Shown here piece by piece: positions 24,470-32,030 of a DNA stretch of 64,000 nt. Source of the DNA: Escherichia phage SUSP2; the sequence record KT454806; one strand, 5' to 3'. Numbering within the stretch: the first letter of the stretch is position 1; every line of letters begins with the position of its first letter. The notes beneath the pieces are model-generated. The model did no database searches, was not told where the DNA came from, and saw only the letters and a program-made list of their open reading frames with translations. Both the position numbers and the translations under genes were made by a program.

Positions 24470-25015
24470 TCAGAAACGTCCTCTTACTTGTGGAACATAG
24501 AAATTGACCACCCCAGATTTATCATCCAGAGGTTTAGCCTGTATTCTAGCAAATAGTTCAGGTTCGTGTAAATACTCAAAGAATCCCTCTTCAGGAAGAT
24601 ACACAGTTGGCTCTTTAGTAATTTCATAGATAACTGTGTGGTAAACCTCATCAGCAAACGGTAAAGCGGATTTTAAGATGTTTGCACCACCAATCACACA
24701 GACATTTTCATCAATCTGGCTGTCAATCTTCTTCAAGAATGCACCGAAAGAGTCTGGGTCAACCTTCGCAATAACAAAACCATCATTGTCAAAGTCTATC
24801 CCATAATATGGAAGGTTGTTTGACAGAATCATGTTCTCACGATTTGGTAAAGGTTTACGTCCAAGAGTCTTGAAAGTCTCGTTACCCATGATTACAAGCT
24901 GGTTTTGAGTCAGCTTTTTAAACTCTTTCATGTCTTCACGGTTACGCTCCCAAGGCATCCCATCAGGAGTACCAAACTCACCTTTACGACCACTTGCAAA
25001 TACTAAACGAATCAT
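24470..25015 (-). CDS. frd: Dihydrofolate reductase
   Basis: N-terminal GxIGxxxxMPW-like motif (GTPDGMPWE), VIMGNETF motif; adjacent to thyA as in T4 frd-td. Confidence 0.8.
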   Translation of the reverse strand: MIRLVFASGRKGEFGTPDGMPWERNREDMKEFKKLTQNQLVIMGNETFKTLGRKPLPNRENMILSNNLPYYGIDFDNDGFVIAKVDPDSFGAFLKKIDSQIDENVCVIGGANILKSALPFADEVYHTVIYEITKEPTVYLPEEGFFEYLHEPELFARIQAKPLDDKSGVVNFYVPQVRGRF

Positions 25016-25281
25016 TTGAAAAACCCCTTAATGATAAACCAGTTGATGACGTTCTTAATAACTTTAACTGGATGGTAAATAATATGTGGATGTGGCTCAT
25101 AACTTCCATAAGCCCAAAAAGAAACAACCTTCATACAACCACGGCAACGAGTGTACTCTGCTGCTACATGACCAGATACAATATCACTTACCTCACCTTG
25201 GAAGTCTGTACCACCACAATGAGGACAACGTATTGGTTCGCCACTCTGCATGTAACAGTGTTCAACTTTAAAGATTTTCAT
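25012..25281 (-). CDS. Zinc-ribbon protein
   Basis: CPHCGG...CRGC Cys pairs; coupled to frd. Confidence 0.4.
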   Translation of the reverse strand: MKIFKVEHCYMQSGEPIRCPHCGGTDFQGEVSDIVSGHVAAEYTRCRGCMKVVSFWAYGSYEPHPHIIYHPVKVIKNVINWFIIKGFFK

Positions 25282-25484
25282 TTCTTATTCACCTTATATT
25301 CTTGTTCCAGTTTTACAATGAAATCAAGGTCATCACCACACGATGAAAGGAAGTCTTCAAAGTGTTTTGGGATGAAATCTAAGAAGTTCATCGTTGCAAG
25401 ATTGCCAGCAAGAGTTATGTAGCTGTTATTCTGACATTCAGCAGTGATTACATACTCACCAGCTTCTGGCCTTACCAAATCCAC
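25278..25484 (-). CDS. Hypothetical protein (possible C-terminal fragment of a disrupted gene)
   Basis: ORF with no ATG at its 5' end (GTG), beginning 9 nt after the stop of the upstream ORF in another frame. Confidence 0.3.
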   Translation of the reverse strand: MDLVRPEAGEYVITAECQNNSYITLAGNLATMNFLDFIPKHFEDFLSSCGDDLDFIVKLEQEYKVNKK

Positions 25485-25492
25485 AATATCAT

Positions 25493-25795
25493 CTAAAAAG
25501 ATGTTAAGTAAAGCTTTGAAGCTACGTGATACTGCATACCTTCATACAACTCAATGCTTGGAACCAGCTTCACAGAGATTGATTTAGAATCTCGAAACTC
25601 AGTAGTGAAGAGGTGAGTTGGTAAAAGGCAAAGTGCATCACCAGTATCTTCATCAAGAAACTCAATCATTCCAGCTTCGTAGTTTGTCTCAATCAGGATT
25701 GTGCCCTCTTGGAGCCTACGATTTTTCAGGTGTTCTTTGATAACACCCTTAAGCAGAATTGCTTCTGGTTCTGTTAAGCTGTTTCCAATCTTCAT
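25493..25795 (-). CDS. Hypothetical protein
   Basis: 100-aa ORF with ATG start. Confidence 0.4.
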   Translation of the reverse strand: MKIGNSLTEPEAILLKGVIKEHLKNRRLQEGTILIETNYEAGMIEFLDEDTGDALCLLPTHLFTTEFRDSKSISVKLVPSIELYEGMQYHVASKLYLTSF

Positions 25796-25796
25796 A

Positions 25797-26297
25797 TTAA
25801 ACCTCTACAAAAGTTTGTTTGTCATTATCGTATGCGAAGAATTGTATAACCTTTTGAGTGTTCCAGTCAATCTTTTCATCATAAGAAAGACCTTTATCAA
25901 CACGCTTTGCAACAGTCTGATAGATTATCTCACGTAACTTCTCAAACTCTGTTCCACTACTGAACGGTTGCATAGTGACTTTCTTGTAACCCTCAACAGC
26001 TTTCTTGTTCCACTCTTGAGCAGTTGGGGAGGTTACTTTGTACAGCCGTGGGAACAGTTCATAACCCATCTTATTTTCTTCGTTAGCCATACGAAGTTGA
26101 TGGAAGTACTCATTTACTCGACCATCTTCTTCAAGCCATTTGTAAATCGTCTGCAAACGACCTAAATCGTTATTGTAATGTGCAGCACGTTTCACAGCAC
26201 CTTTCTCAGTACGATACGGAGACTTAGGAAGACTTAGCATACGTCCTGTCATCAGGTTGTATCCGAAGAACAAATCAATTTTTACGGGAAGAGACAT
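25797..26297 (-). CDS. Hypothetical protein
   Basis: 166-aa ORF in early block. Confidence 0.45.
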   Translation of the reverse strand: MSLPVKIDLFFGYNLMTGRMLSLPKSPYRTEKGAVKRAAHYNNDLGRLQTIYKWLEEDGRVNEYFHQLRMANEENKMGYELFPRLYKVTSPTAQEWNKKAVEGYKKVTMQPFSSGTEFEKLREIIYQTVAKRVDKGLSYDEKIDWNTQKVIQFFAYDNDKQTFVEV

Positions 26298-26641
26298 TTG
26301 ATATCCTCATTTTTGAATACGAAAGTGGTATACTTAGTACCATCAACATCAAGCCAAGCACACATTACATCGACACCTTCAAGGTTGCTGTGAAGGTCAC
26401 GAATAAAATGGTCTCGTACTTCTTTTGCACAGGTTGTCTCCAGTTTAATATTGGAGATTGCTGAACCAACAGCCATATAACCTTTTACACGATTCTTCTC
26501 AGAATGCTTAATCAGTCCTTCCTGAACATAATCAGTTAGGTCATCAAGAATGTATTTCCCATACTGCTTCTCAGTTTCAGTAGGTTTCCCGTAGAAGCCA
26601 ATTGCAAAGTTACCTTTGAAGATTGCATTTTCACGTTTCAT
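26282..26641 (-). CDS. Hypothetical protein
   Basis: 119-aa ORF. Confidence 0.45.
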   Translation of the reverse strand: MKRENAIFKGNFAIGFYGKPTETEKQYGKYILDDLTDYVQEGLIKHSEKNRVKGYMAVGSAISNIKLETTCAKEVRDHFIRDLHSNLEGVDVMCAWLDVDGTKYTTFVFKNEDIKCLFP

Positions 26642-26642
26642 A

Positions 26643-26972
26643 TTAATCTGACAGCCTTAAGTTAAAGTTAACACCAAGTTTTTCACAAGCTTTCAACATG
26701 TATTCAAGGGTAATCTTTCCAGTACCGTTGACAATGTTGGAAACACGACTTTGAGAGATATCACAAATCTTTGCGACTTGTGCCTGAGAAAGTTTTCTTT
26801 TCTCAATTTCTTTTTCAAAACGGAATGCAACGAACTCTCTCATTTCGTCTACATCCATTGGACAGATATAACTTGCCATCTCATACTCTCTATCAGCTTC
26901 CCACTTATCTTGTGGAGCATAAGGGTCAAAGACTTCATTCATCTTTCTTCCTCCGTTTTCTGGAAGTGTCAA
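26643..26972 (-). CDS. XRE-family helix-turn-helix transcriptional regulator
   Basis: C-terminal HTH LSQAQVAKICDISQSRVSNIVNG; real start probably an internal Met. Confidence 0.6.
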   Translation of the reverse strand: MTLPENGGRKMNEVFDPYAPQDKWEADREYEMASYICPMDVDEMREFVAFRFEKEIEKRKLSQAQVAKICDISQSRVSNIVNGTGKITLEYMLKACEKLGVNFNLRLSD

Positions 26973-27138
26973 TCAATGAATCTATGTTTGTTGCTCTGAC
27001 GTTTTCACGAGTACCATTGATATGGTCATCCAGTGCTTTATCTACCTCAGAGTCATCTGCACAGTAAACTCGGAAGATAGCATAACCTTCATCGTCAAGC
27101 ACTTCTCCATAGTTCTTCCTGCAATGATTCTTCTTCAT
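26935..27138 (-). CDS. Hypothetical small protein with basic C-terminus
   Basis: 67-aa ORF immediately upstream of HTH regulator. Confidence 0.35.
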   Translation of the reverse strand: MKKNHCRKNYGEVLDDEGYAIFRVYCADDSEVDKALDDHINGTRENVRATNIDSLIDTSRKRRKKDE

Positions 27139-27139
27139 A

Positions 27140-27520
27140 TCATAGACCTACGCAGGTACGCTTTTCAACAAAATAGTGAACACCTTTGAAAGTTTCATCC
27201 ATCATTTCACTTTCAGTATCACTGACCTTCTCAATGCTTTTGGAATCAAGCAAGTCAACATCCTGAGTGACCATAGCATCAGAAACAGCTTCGTAGTAGT
27301 CTGCCATCACACGATATTTGTAATCAGTAATACGGTCAGACATTTCTATGACAGTTGGAGAAGATAACGGCTTAGTTAACTCCCCAGCATCTGTTACGAC
27401 TTTACGAACAATCTGACAAGCCTCCATAGAGACCTTGCTAAAGTCTGCTTCAGGCATCTTCATAGCTGATGCACCAAAACTCAGAGTTGCCAGAATGACA
27501 CCTACCATAAGCTTTTTCAT
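27140..27520 (-). CDS. Secreted or periplasmic protein with signal peptide
   Basis: N-terminal MKKLMVGVILATLSFGASA signal peptide; GAGGTGAG RBS; strong promoter upstream. Confidence 0.5.
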   Translation of the reverse strand: MKKLMVGVILATLSFGASAMKMPEADFSKVSMEACQIVRKVVTDAGELTKPLSSPTVIEMSDRITDYKYRVMADYYEAVSDAMVTQDVDLLDSKSIEKVSDTESEMMDETFKGVHYFVEKRTCVGL

Positions 27521-27559
27521 AACTCACCTCATATAAAATTTTGTATACATTCAAGTATA

Positions 27560-27588
27560 AAAATAAGCTATAACACCTGACTTGTCAA
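27560..27588 (-). promoter_or_regulatory. Sigma70-like promoter (TTGACA-N17-TATTTT) inside a 13-bp inverted repeat
   Basis: -35 TTGACA = reverse complement of 27583-27588, -10 TATTTT = reverse complement of 27560-27565; inverted repeat arms AAATAAGCTATAA at 27561-27573 and 27595-27607. Confidence 0.55.
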
Positions 27589-27643
27589 CAGATTTTATAG
27601 CTTATTTGGCAGATTTTTTATAAGGCTACTGCCATCCTTCCAT

Positions 27644-27697
27644 ACCTCACCGCACCCTACTACACCCCCACCTTACCGAACCGCGCCATACCAAACA
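27644..27697 (+). repeat. Phased pentamer array A1, about 11 ACCNN units
   Basis: ACC trinucleotide recurs every 5 nt (27644, 27649, 27654, ...), one 6-nt step; C-rich, G-poor on + strand. Confidence 0.8.
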
Positions 27698-27734
27698 TCA
27701 CTTAAAAACCCTTTTCAAAGACTCTTAAGTGATG
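27696..27734 (+). other. Conserved hairpin motif H1 (CATCACTTAA-19 nt-TTAAGTGATG)
   Basis: Perfect 10-bp inverted repeat with 19-nt loop; near-identical copy at 29210-29248. Confidence 0.7.
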
Positions 27735-27765
27735 TAATCGAATTTTAATGTAGCTCCGATTAACT

Positions 27766-27816
27766 ACCCATACCTCACCTCACCTAACCTCACATTACCA
27801 AACCGCATACTACCTC
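27766..27816 (+). repeat. Phased pentamer array A2, about 10 ACCNN units
   Basis: ACC at 5-nt phase from 27772; preceded by conserved leader TAGCTCCGATTAACTACCC. Confidence 0.75.
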
Positions 27817-27844
27817 ATTAAAAGACCCTGTTTAAAGGCCTTTT

Positions 27845-27868
27845 AAAAAGGAGCCTCCGAAGAGGCTA
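27845..27868 (-). terminator. Rho-independent terminator of the two-gene operon
   Basis: On - strand: AGCCTC-TTCG-GAGGCT hairpin followed by CCTTTTT. Confidence 0.65.
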
Positions 27869-27878
27869 CCTAGTCAAC

Positions 27879-28319
27879 TTAGAAAGGTTTTCTACGTTGC
27901 TTGTTAATGTTAGCTTTCATAGCGGCTAAATGGTTTTGCTGTTCAATCAATCGTGAACGTTCTTGATGACTAAGTGCCATAGTGTTCACATTCTCAATTG
28001 CTTGAGTCGCTTGCTTTAAGGCGCGACCAATCTTACCAGACATTTTACGTTTTGCAATAGTTGCTTGATGTTTTGGTTCAACTACACGATAACCCACACC
28101 CATTGAAGCAACCAGATAAATCTTTTCTTCTTTAAGAAGCTTTTCGATAAACTTCTCAAGTCGGTTTAATCGTGTCAGAGAATAAGCCTTCATCTCATCT
28201 TCGTACTTAACAATATCACCCTGATAAGTTGGCTTCACAATACCTAAGAAGGTATCCATTTCAGAGTGTGATACAGTATCACCGTAACTAAACTTTGCTG
28301 CTAATGCTTTTGTATTCAT
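27879..28319 (-). CDS. Hypothetical protein, basic C-terminus (second gene of repeat-flanked operon)
   Basis: 146-aa ORF, stop 1 nt after upstream gene start region; no recognisable motif. Confidence 0.5.
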   Translation of the reverse strand: MNTKALAAKFSYGDTVSHSEMDTFLGIVKPTYQGDIVKYEDEMKAYSLTRLNRLEKFIEKLLKEEKIYLVASMGVGYRVVEPKHQATIAKRKMSGKIGRALKQATQAIENVNTMALSHQERSRLIEQQNHLAAMKANINKQRRKPF

Positions 28320-28321
28320 AA

Positions 28322-28927
<606 letters not shown>

Positions 28928-29021
28928 TTAGTTGATTGTTAAGTTGTTTGTAAAGAACCCTCAACAGAAGACTCTTTAGAAACTTGGTAGATTTTTAACG
29001 TGGCTACTACCATCCACCCAT

Positions 29022-29081
29022 ACCTTACCAAACCCTACCAGACCGTACCATGCCCAACCCTACTACACCAGACCTTACCTC
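29022..29081 (+). repeat. Phased pentamer array B1, 12 ACCNN units
   Basis: ACC (two degenerate: GCC, ACT) at 29022+5k for k=0..11; preceded by leader GGCTACTACCATCCACCC. Confidence 0.8.
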
Positions 29082-29118
29082 ATTAAAAGACCCTCTTAAA
29101 GACCTTTTAAAAAGGTAA

Positions 29119-29142
29119 GTCTCATTTTCATGTAGCTGAGAC
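29119..29142 (-). other. Internal hairpin in operon leader (possible attenuator)
   Basis: On - strand: GTCTCA-12 nt-TGAGAC followed 5 nt later by TTTTT. Confidence 0.35.
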
Positions 29143-29153
29143 TAACTACCCAT

Positions 29154-29210
29154 ACCAAACCTTACAATACCTAGCCTTACCACACCGAACCAAACCACAC
29201 CCAACCGAAC
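29154..29210 (+). repeat. Phased pentamer array B2, 12 ACCNN units
   Basis: ACC-like trinucleotide at 29154+5k; preceded by leader TGTAGCTGAGACTAACTACCC. Confidence 0.8.
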
Positions 29211-29248
29211 ATCACTTAAAAACCCTTTTCAAAGACCCTTAAGTGATG
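29210..29248 (+). other. Conserved hairpin motif H1, second copy
   Basis: CATCACTTAA-19 nt-TTAAGTGATG; differs from 27696-27734 copy at one loop position. Confidence 0.7.
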
Positions 29249-29278
29249 CTGGTGAGTACCCGTTGGTTTATGCTGCTC

Positions 29279-29306
29279 AGTATACTCACCAAATTTTCTA
29301 TGTCAA
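29279..29306 (-). promoter_or_regulatory. Sigma70-like promoter (TTGACA-N16-TATACT) driving the repeat-containing leader and two-gene operon
   Basis: -35 TTGACA = reverse complement of 29301-29306, -10 TATACT = reverse complement of 29279-29284. Confidence 0.55.
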
Positions 29307-29491
29307 CAATTTTCTAATAAAGTTTTATAAAGATTTTGCTTAACGACCCGCCTCACATGCCTATGCTCTTTCTTAATAAAGAGTGACCTCTTCTTGACAG
29401 AGCGCCTATTCTTGTAGGTATTACTAGGATACTTATCATGAACCGGACAACAACTACCCGGATTTGTAAACTTGATAATCTCTCTTTTCAC
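29303..29491 (-). CDS. Small highly basic protein
   Basis: 62-aa Lys/Arg-rich ORF; start overlaps ligase stop (coupling). Confidence 0.4.
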   Translation of the reverse strand: MKREIIKFTNPGSCCPVHDKYPSNTYKNRRSVKKRSLFIKKEHRHVRRVVKQNLYKTLLENC

Positions 29492-30615
29492 TATTCATAA
29501 TCCCTAATAACGAGACCAACAGGGAACTGTAAAGACCCCTTACGAGTCATCTTCTGGAACTGAACCGTCAAAGGTTTCCCGATAAACTCTTCAGGATGTT
29601 CAGCAAGATACTGTTTCTTTTCATGGGTAGTTTTCCATGAAACATCTACAAAGACGTTAGGAAGAGTCTCTACAACGAACTTACCATGACCACGTTTATC
29701 AGTCTTCACACCAGTTACTTTAAATTCTTCCGTGTGCATCTTCTTATGCTTAATCAGGAAGTAAGAACGGTGACCACACTCATAGAAAGATTCTGCTGAG
29801 ATGGAACGGTACATTGCCCCTTCAAACTTCAGCTTAACCCAATTGTCATGGGCTTTGTCGAACTCTTCCCAAGAGTTAACACGGATAGTTTGCACAGGTA
29901 CAACCCTACAAGCATCACCGAGTTCAACAATTGGAGAGTTATCAATGATTTCACGGCGCTCAGGCCAAGTTTTAGTTTTGTCACAGATATCATACCAGTA
30001 GAATTTAAGTAGGTGACGGTCTGGATTGTCAGCATTCTTAATCATAGACACGATATCTTCTAAATCCCAACCATGAGCATAGATTTCACCATCAAAATCT
30101 TGAACTTGTGGGTGGCATTTAAGCATCAGAAGCAAGTCTGGAATTAACTCTTCAGGTACGTTGTACACAGTATTTTCACGGGAGTAAGCTGTGAAGTTCA
30201 CTGAGTCAGCATCTCTTGATATACGGCAACGAACACCATCAAGCTTCGGTTGAGCATCAGCAGGGAACTTCAAATACTTGGCATGACTGACCTTTGCAGC
30301 ATCTTGTGCAAGTTGTACACCAACCTTCTCAGTGTTCTCTGCTTCAGATTTTGTGTAAGCATAACCTTTACGGTCAACCTGTTTCTTGTACTTAGCAGCA
30401 ACTTCAAAGAGAGCTTGCTGTTCAGCATTACGCTCATTCTTTTTACCGATGTTTTTCGGTTCTGCTGTGTACTCTTCAAACATCATCTTGCCATTTTCTT
30501 TGCCATACGTGGTAACAACTTTGTCACCTACAGCGACACATGACCAGACATTAAAAGAGCCATCTTTATTTTGTTTGTACAGAATTGTCATCATCAATCT
30601 CCAGAATGATACCAA
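29491..30615 (-). CDS. ATP-dependent DNA ligase
   Basis: Adenylation motif I KLDGVR; size about 374 aa like T7-type ligases. Confidence 0.75.
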   Translation of the reverse strand: MVSFWRLMMTILYKQNKDGSFNVWSCVAVGDKVVTTYGKENGKMMFEEYTAEPKNIGKKNERNAEQQALFEVAAKYKKQVDRKGYAYTKSEAENTEKVGVQLAQDAAKVSHAKYLKFPADAQPKLDGVRCRISRDADSVNFTAYSRENTVYNVPEELIPDLLLMLKCHPQVQDFDGEIYAHGWDLEDIVSMIKNADNPDRHLLKFYWYDICDKTKTWPERREIIDNSPIVELGDACRVVPVQTIRVNSWEEFDKAHDNWVKLKFEGAMYRSISAESFYECGHRSYFLIKHKKMHTEEFKVTGVKTDKRGHGKFVVETLPNVFVDVSWKTTHEKKQYLAEHPEEFIGKPLTVQFQKMTRKGSLQFPVGLVIRDYE

Positions 30616-30785
30616 GTGTCACAAGAGTTACACGCGAAGAGTTTTAAATCCTCCTTGTTTGGTTTATGAAAACAATTTGCCCCACAACGGCAATGGAATG
30701 CCTTACCACCAACTGTCAAGATAAAAGACTCAACCTCTCCATCAGGTGTTCTTACAGCATTCTTAAATTTGTCTTCTTTACTCAT
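30594..30785 (-). CDS. Small zinc-finger protein
   Basis: CRCGANC...CNSC Cys cluster. Confidence 0.4.
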   Translation of the reverse strand: MSKEDKFKNAVRTPDGEVESFILTVGGKAFHCRCGANCFHKPNKEDLKLFACNSCDTWYHSGD

Positions 30786-30988
30786 TTTCTCTTCCCACCA
30801 ATTTCTACATCAATAACCTGAACATCACCAGCAACATCAAACTTGTGAATGATGTTCTCTACAGTGTAAGTCCAACCTTCAATGCGAACCCATTCACCTT
30901 CTCGTGGTACTATTGGATTACGTTGAGCTACCGTTGTAGTAGAGTGAACAACATCATAACGGTATACATAGTTTACTAAAACTTGCAT
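30782..30988 (-). CDS. Hypothetical protein
   Basis: 68-aa coupled ORF. Confidence 0.35.
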   Translation of the reverse strand: MQVLVNYVYRYDVVHSTTTVAQRNPIVPREGEWVRIEGWTYTVENIIHKFDVAGDVQVIDVEIGGKRK

Positions 30989-30997
30989 AGTGTTTCC

Positions 30998-31225
30998 TTA
31001 AAAGAATAAGTCAGAGGCTTTTGGAGAATCTTGCACAATACTCCACCCTGATTTCTGCCAATCAAGACCACGATACCATGAAGTCATCGGGTAACCCATT
31101 TCACAGACAATGGTTCCATCTTTCATTTCAAAGAACTCATCAGATGTGAAGTTCTCATTACGTACTTTCTTACCTTGCTTCATTGCTTCAACAGCTTCTT
31201 CAAAAGTCATTTTTGGTTTCTCCAA
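30998..31225 (-). CDS. Hypothetical protein
   Basis: 75-aa ORF. Confidence 0.35.
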   Translation of the reverse strand: MEKPKMTFEEAVEAMKQGKKVRNENFTSDEFFEMKDGTIVCEMGYPMTSWYRGLDWQKSGWSIVQDSPKASDLFF

Positions 31226-31228
31226 TAC

Positions 31229-31441
31229 TTAAAAGTTAATGTCGATGCGTTCACCCTTAAGGACTCCAGTGCGGTCTCTTGCAATCTTACCGTCAACAAT
31301 AAGGATATGTGCAGCCCTTAAAGAGTCACGATTAAAACCTTTTACGAACTTACTAGGCATCACTACAATGAGCATCTCCTGAATCAACTCTGGAGTGTAG
31401 CAGTTGTCGTGAAGTTGTTGGATAACGTCTGAAAGTGTCAT
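31229..31441 (-). CDS. Hypothetical protein
   Basis: 70-aa ORF. Confidence 0.35.
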   Translation of the reverse strand: MTLSDVIQQLHDNCYTPELIQEMLIVVMPSKFVKGFNRDSLRAAHILIVDGKIARDRTGVLKGERIDINF

Positions 31442-31492
31442 AAACCCTCCTATACAAGATACAGTATAAGGTACTCTTCCATGAGCACCTTG

Positions 31493-32020
31493 TCAACTTA
31501 GTTTTGCAAACTCTCCGTGAAGTTTCATAGAAGCTTCACAGTAAGCTTTATGGGCTTCTTCAGGGGTGTCATAGTAGCCTAATGACATCTTTTTACCTTT
31601 ATAGCTTATTTGCGCAACCCACCTACCAGACTTCTTCTTCAGGCTTACACCCTTATAGCCTGATTTATTGGTGGATAGTTTGCTTTTATTCCAAGCACTT
31701 TGGCAGTCGTCTGCTTCTCTTAAGTTTACAATCCTGTTATCAAGGGAGTCCCCATTACTATGGTCAATAACACCTTTAGGTAACCTACCATACACGTACA
31801 GCCATGCGAGTCTGTGCGCTTTATGTGCTTTCTTGTCAAAATAGATAGTAATCTGCTTATGACCAGTTGAGTCAATCTGGAGGCTTCCCGCTACCTGTCC
31901 TGCGTACTGGCTATTAAAAACTTTAACAGCCTTTGAGTCGCCCTCTCTACGAAGCCAAGTAAAGACCCCTATTTCGGGGTCATAGTGTAGTAGTTCCTTT
32001 AAACGTTCTTGTGTAATCAT
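31493..32020 (-). CDS. HNH homing endonuclease with AP2 DNA-binding domain
   Basis: HNH motif HSNGDSLDNRIVNLR; AP2-like GYKGVS...GRWVAQI...LGYYDTPEEAHKAY; immediately downstream of DNA polymerase gene. Confidence 0.7.
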   Translation of the reverse strand: MITQERLKELLHYDPEIGVFTWLRREGDSKAVKVFNSQYAGQVAGSLQIDSTGHKQITIYFDKKAHKAHRLAWLYVYGRLPKGVIDHSNGDSLDNRIVNLREADDCQSAWNKSKLSTNKSGYKGVSLKKKSGRWVAQISYKGKKMSLGYYDTPEEAHKAYCEASMKLHGEFAKLS

Positions 32021-32030
32021 TTTGTCACCA

